From Calditrichia bacterium (GTDB lineage: Bacteria > Calditrichota > Calditrichia > RBG-13-44-9): a DNA stretch of 10,677 nucleotides. Positions 7,633 to 10,677 of the stretch are shown here, piece after piece (within the stretch, counting starts at the first letter, position 1; each line of letters begins with the position of its first letter). The notes under the pieces were generated by a model that worked only from the letters and a program-made list of their open reading frames with translations, searched no databases and was not told where the DNA came from. Position numbers and translations under genes: made by a program. The DNA lies in contig JARRQT010000109.1 of assembly GCA_037381445.1 (NCBI GenBank), positions 1 through 10,677 of the forward strand, in the 5' to 3' direction.

Positions 7633-8703
7633 GTGACGCATTTTATGGAAATTGAAAAAATGAAAATCGACTTTTCAGAACATCCTCACCGGCGTCTGAA
7701 TCTGCTGACCGGTGAATGGGTACTTGTTTCACCCCACAGGGCAAAGCGGCCATGGCAGGGGCAGATGGAGGAGACGCCGCAGGAGAGTCGACCGGATTAT
7801 GATTCGGCTTGTTACCTTTGTCCCGGGAATGAGAGGGCGGGAGGTCATCATAATCCGAAGTACTCTGGCGTCTTTGTTTTTGACAATGATTTTAGCGCCC
7901 TAAAACTGGAGACTCCGGCTGCAAAGTATAACAAAGACAATTTATTAATCGCCAGCGGAGAAGCCGGGATTTGCCGGGTGATATGTTTCTCTCCCCGTCA
8001 TGATCTGACTCTGCCCCAAATGTCCGTTGAAAGTATTCGAAATGTGGTGGATGTCTGGACTGAGCAGTACGATGCCCTTGGAGCACTGCCGGAAATCAAT
8101 TATGTGCAGATCTTTGAAAATAAGGGTGAAATGATGGGGTGCAGCAATCCCCATCCCCATGGTCAGATTTGGGCCCAAAATTCTATCCCGGTGGAACCAG
8201 CCAAGGAATTGCAAAAAATGACAGAACATTATGCGACTCACCATCGCTGCCTGCTGTGCGATTACATCCAACTGGAACAGAATCTTCAGGAACGTACGGT
8301 TCTTGAAAATGAAAACTATCTGGTAGTGGTCCCTTTCTGGGCGGTTTGGCCATTCGAAACACTTGTGCTTTCAAAGAGGCATTACGGCAATTTTCGAGAG
8401 ATGAAGGACCCCGAAAAAAACAGTCTCGCGGACATTATAAAGCAAATGACCACCCGGTATGATAATTTATTTCGTATCTCCTTCCCTTACTCCGCAGGAT
8501 TTCATCAGTCACCGACGGATGGCGGTGAGCATCCGGAATGGCATTTTCATCTGCATTTTTATCCGCCGTTGCTTAGATCTGCAAGTGTAAAAAAGTTTAT
8601 GGTAGGGTATGAAATGCTGGCAAATCCGCAAAGGGATATCACAGCAGAGTGGAGTGCGGAGCGCCTGAGACAATTAGAGGATGTACATTACTGGGAAAAA
8701 TAA
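7633..8703 (+). CDS. galT: Galactose-1-phosphate uridylyltransferase (UDP-glucose--hexose-1-phosphate uridylyltransferase, class I)
   Basis: [62 protein letters not shown] (catalytic HPH), [46 protein letters not shown]. True start is probably ATG7645 (AGGTG SD at 7631-7635) or ATG7660. Confidence 0.97.
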   Translation: MTHFMEIEKMKIDFSEHPHRRLNLLTGEWVLVSPHRAKRPWQGQMEETPQESRPDYDSACYLCPGNERAGGHHNPKYSGVFVFDNDFSALKLETPAAKYNKDNLLIASGEAGICRVICFSPRHDLTLPQMSVESIRNVVDVWTEQYDALGALPEINYVQIFENKGEMMGCSNPHPHGQIWAQNSIPVEPAKELQKMTEHYATHHRCLLCDYIQLEQNLQERTVLENENYLVVVPFWAVWPFETLVLSKRHYGNFREMKDPEKNSLADIIKQMTTRYDNLFRISFPYSAGFHQSPTDGGEHPEWHFHLHFYPPLLRSASVKKFMVGYEMLANPQRDITAEWSAERLRQLEDVHYWEK

Positions 8704-8745
8704 TTAAAGTTTGATTAGGCGAGATGCTTGATAGGATTTTAAAGA

Positions 8746-9831
8746 ATGCGCTTTTTTCAAAAAATAAACGGTAGGCAGCTGAACGAAAAAATGATATATA
8801 TCATCGCCGGAGTTCTTTTGGTCATAATTCTTTTTATGCCAATAAAGCTTCCTAATAACATTCGGCTCGCAGGGAAGATAATTCCTGCCAGGGAGTGGAT
8901 ATTGCAGCGAAATAATGACGGGAGTATGGTTACAACTTTCCATGATTACCGAAACGGATGGATTCCAAATTATTCCTCCAAGCTGGCTGAACGGGGAGAC
9001 GAATTGGAATTCACTCTCGTTTCTCGTATGAATAAAAGTGGGTTTGTCTCTCACGGGGATACAATCGGCTTTGTGATTTCAAATGAAATTGAAAGAAAAC
9101 TGTCCGAACTAAAGGGTAATCTGGCGGTAGCCAGAGCTAATCTGGAATTGGCTGGATCTCCGGAAAAGATGTCTATTATCGAGCAAGCCCAAAAAGAGGT
9201 GGCTTTAAGCCGGGAAAAAGCCAGACTGCAAAAAAACATCCTGGAACGTGAACAGAAGCTATTTGATAATCGACTGATATCCGAGGAAGAATTCCAGATC
9301 ACTCAGAGTACCGCCAGAGTGTACGAAATAGAAGCAGCCCTGGCTGATACGCGTTTGAAAACGGTAATTACAGGTGCCCGTCCTGAGCAGATTAATCTTA
9401 TCCGCTCTCAAATTAACAGCATGGAAGAGCAGATAAAAGTATTAGAAAAACGGATTTTGCACTACACACTTCGATCTCCCTTCGACGGACATCTGGAAAC
9501 GCTTTTTTCGCAGGATACAGTATTGATGGTTGGAGATACTGCCTCTCTGGTTGTTATGCCTGCCAATTGGACCTTTCGGGGAAAAATTATCAAGGGGCAA
9601 AAAATTCTCATTGAGATACCTGAGCTGAACCAGGTTTTTTCCGGAAAAATCATAAAATTAGGAAACCGAGTGCAAGTCCTGAATGGAGAACAGGTGTTTT
9701 GGGTATGGGCCGACATTCCAAGATATCCTTCGGATAATCCAAGAAACCTAATTGCTGTTACTAAGATAATCGGAGATCCGCTCACCCCGGGGCAATACAT
9801 GTTAAAGTTCTTAAAATCGATCGTGGGGTAA
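8746..9831 (+). CDS. HlyD-like membrane-fusion / periplasmic adaptor protein (atypical)
   Basis: Single N-terminal TM segment (IYIIAGVLLVIILFMPI); lipoyl-half motif FVSHGDTI; long heptad coiled coil (~aa 110-238, including LISEEEF and GARPEQI); YTLRSPFDG motif; C-terminal beta-barrel-like segment IIKGQKILIEIP...FSGKIIKLG. Confidence 0.75.
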   Translation: MRFFQKINGRQLNEKMIYIIAGVLLVIILFMPIKLPNNIRLAGKIIPAREWILQRNNDGSMVTTFHDYRNGWIPNYSSKLAERGDELEFTLVSRMNKSGFVSHGDTIGFVISNEIERKLSELKGNLAVARANLELAGSPEKMSIIEQAQKEVALSREKARLQKNILEREQKLFDNRLISEEEFQITQSTARVYEIEAALADTRLKTVITGARPEQINLIRSQINSMEEQIKVLEKRILHYTLRSPFDGHLETLFSQDTVLMVGDTASLVVMPANWTFRGKIIKGQKILIEIPELNQVFSGKIIKLGNRVQVLNGEQVFWVWADIPRYPSDNPRNLIAVTKIIGDPLTPGQYMLKFLKSIVG

Positions 9832-9840
9832 TTTAAATAG

Positions 9841-10641
9841 ATGGGAAGAGTCGAGTATAAATACCTGGTTCCGTTGGAATTGCTTTCCCGCCTGCGGGGA
9901 TTGATGATGCCCTATCTGGAAACCGATCCGTTCGCACTTCGTCTTCCGGATCGCCAGTATACGGTAAGGAGTCTCTATTATGATACCGCGCAGCTGCAAT
10001 ATTATCATGAAAAAATCGAAGGAATCAGAAACCGAAAGAAACTTCGTATACGGTGCTATGACGATCAACAACCGGATAGTGTGGCATTTCTTGAGATTAA
10101 GCGCAAGAGTGATGCTTCCGTATCAAAGGACCGGGCACCGCTCTATTTCAAAAATTTATCGCGCCTGATGTCGGACGGAGAAGTATCCAGGCATATAATG
10201 GATTTAGATGGGCATGAAGCCGGTACTGATAACGCTAGAAAATTTCTTTTTCACATAAACAAAAGTGGTCTAAACCCAGTCGTTAAGGTCGTATACGACC
10301 GGGAAGCGTTTTTCTATAAATTTGATCGAACTTTGCGGATAACTTTTGATAAAAATCTGCGGGGATCACTACAAACATCTCCCGATTCACTTTTTGATGA
10401 AAGGAACATGGTTTATTCCCTGCCGGGATATTTTATTCTTGAGATCAAGGCCCATGGTCTTTTCCCTGTGTGGCTCACCTATTTAATTGGCCAATTCCAT
10501 TTTCAACTCCAGGCAATCTCGAAATACACCATCTGTGTGGATGCACATCCGGATATGAAATTCAATAGCTCATCCCTCCTGACCCGCTCAAAAAGCGATG
10601 TGCACAAAATTAATCATCTAAGGAAGGAGATCCTGATCTGA
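9841..10641 (+). CDS. VTC-domain (polyphosphate polymerase domain-containing; CYTH/TTM tunnel fold) protein
   Basis: RVEYKY, YTVRSLYYDT, EKIEG..RKKLRIRCY, FLEIKRK, VSKDR, VVYDREAF, LRITFDKNL, ILEIK and ISKY form the motif series typical of bacterial VTC-domain proteins. No TM or SPX domain is visible. Confidence 0.88.
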   Translation: MGRVEYKYLVPLELLSRLRGLMMPYLETDPFALRLPDRQYTVRSLYYDTAQLQYYHEKIEGIRNRKKLRIRCYDDQQPDSVAFLEIKRKSDASVSKDRAPLYFKNLSRLMSDGEVSRHIMDLDGHEAGTDNARKFLFHINKSGLNPVVKVVYDREAFFYKFDRTLRITFDKNLRGSLQTSPDSLFDERNMVYSLPGYFILEIKAHGLFPVWLTYLIGQFHFQLQAISKYTICVDAHPDMKFNSSSLLTRSKSDVHKINHLRKEILI

Positions 10642-10642
10642 T

Positions 10643-10677
10643 ATGTTACAAGGATTTGAGACTGTAATCAGCAGAAC
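10643..10677 (+). CDS. 5' end of next CDS (MLQGFETVISR...), truncated; possibly a DUF4956 membrane protein by context
   Basis: ATG 1 nt after the VTC stop (TGA 10639-10641), purine-rich AGGAAGGAG at 10621-10629, frame open to the window end. Identity is inferred only from the usual VTC-DUF4956 synteny. Confidence 0.45.
   Translation, partial: MLQGFETVISR

Noticed and set aside
5308..8719. Shared 8-mer TGATTAGG in two spacers (5308-5315, 8712-8719)
   Set aside because: A shared 8-mer between ~300-nt and ~40-nt AT-rich spacers is plausible by chance.
405..10168. Short antisense and alternative-frame ORFs in the six-frame track (61-116 aa)
   Set aside because: All overlap well-supported long genes and show no recognisable motifs; treated as shadow ORFs.

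Overview
Bacterial genomic window with every real gene on the + strand; roughly 40-45% GC by eye. It holds two apparent modules. (1) 1-8703 is a carbohydrate-catabolism cluster: the 3' end of an upstream gene, a secreted 926-aa protein fusing a probable glycosidase-like TIM barrel to a Cys-less FGE/SUMF1-type domain, a secreted multi-domain DUF2961/GH172 glycosidase, a hairpin-rich ~300-bp spacer, a secreted GH63-like (alpha/alpha)6 glycosidase with deviant active-site motifs, and galT. (2) 8746 to the end: an atypical HlyD-like membrane-fusion protein, a bacterial VTC (polyphosphate polymerase)-domain protein, and the first 11 codons of a next gene (DUF4956-like by usual context, unproven). 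Best candidates for undescribed biology are the HlyD-VTC module (possible polyphosphate/polymer synthesis-and-export system) and the TIM-barrel/FGE fusion (possible unclassified glycoside hydrolase). No CRISPR, tRNA/rRNA, mobile element or DGR is visible. Family calls come from motif recognition only; no database search was run.
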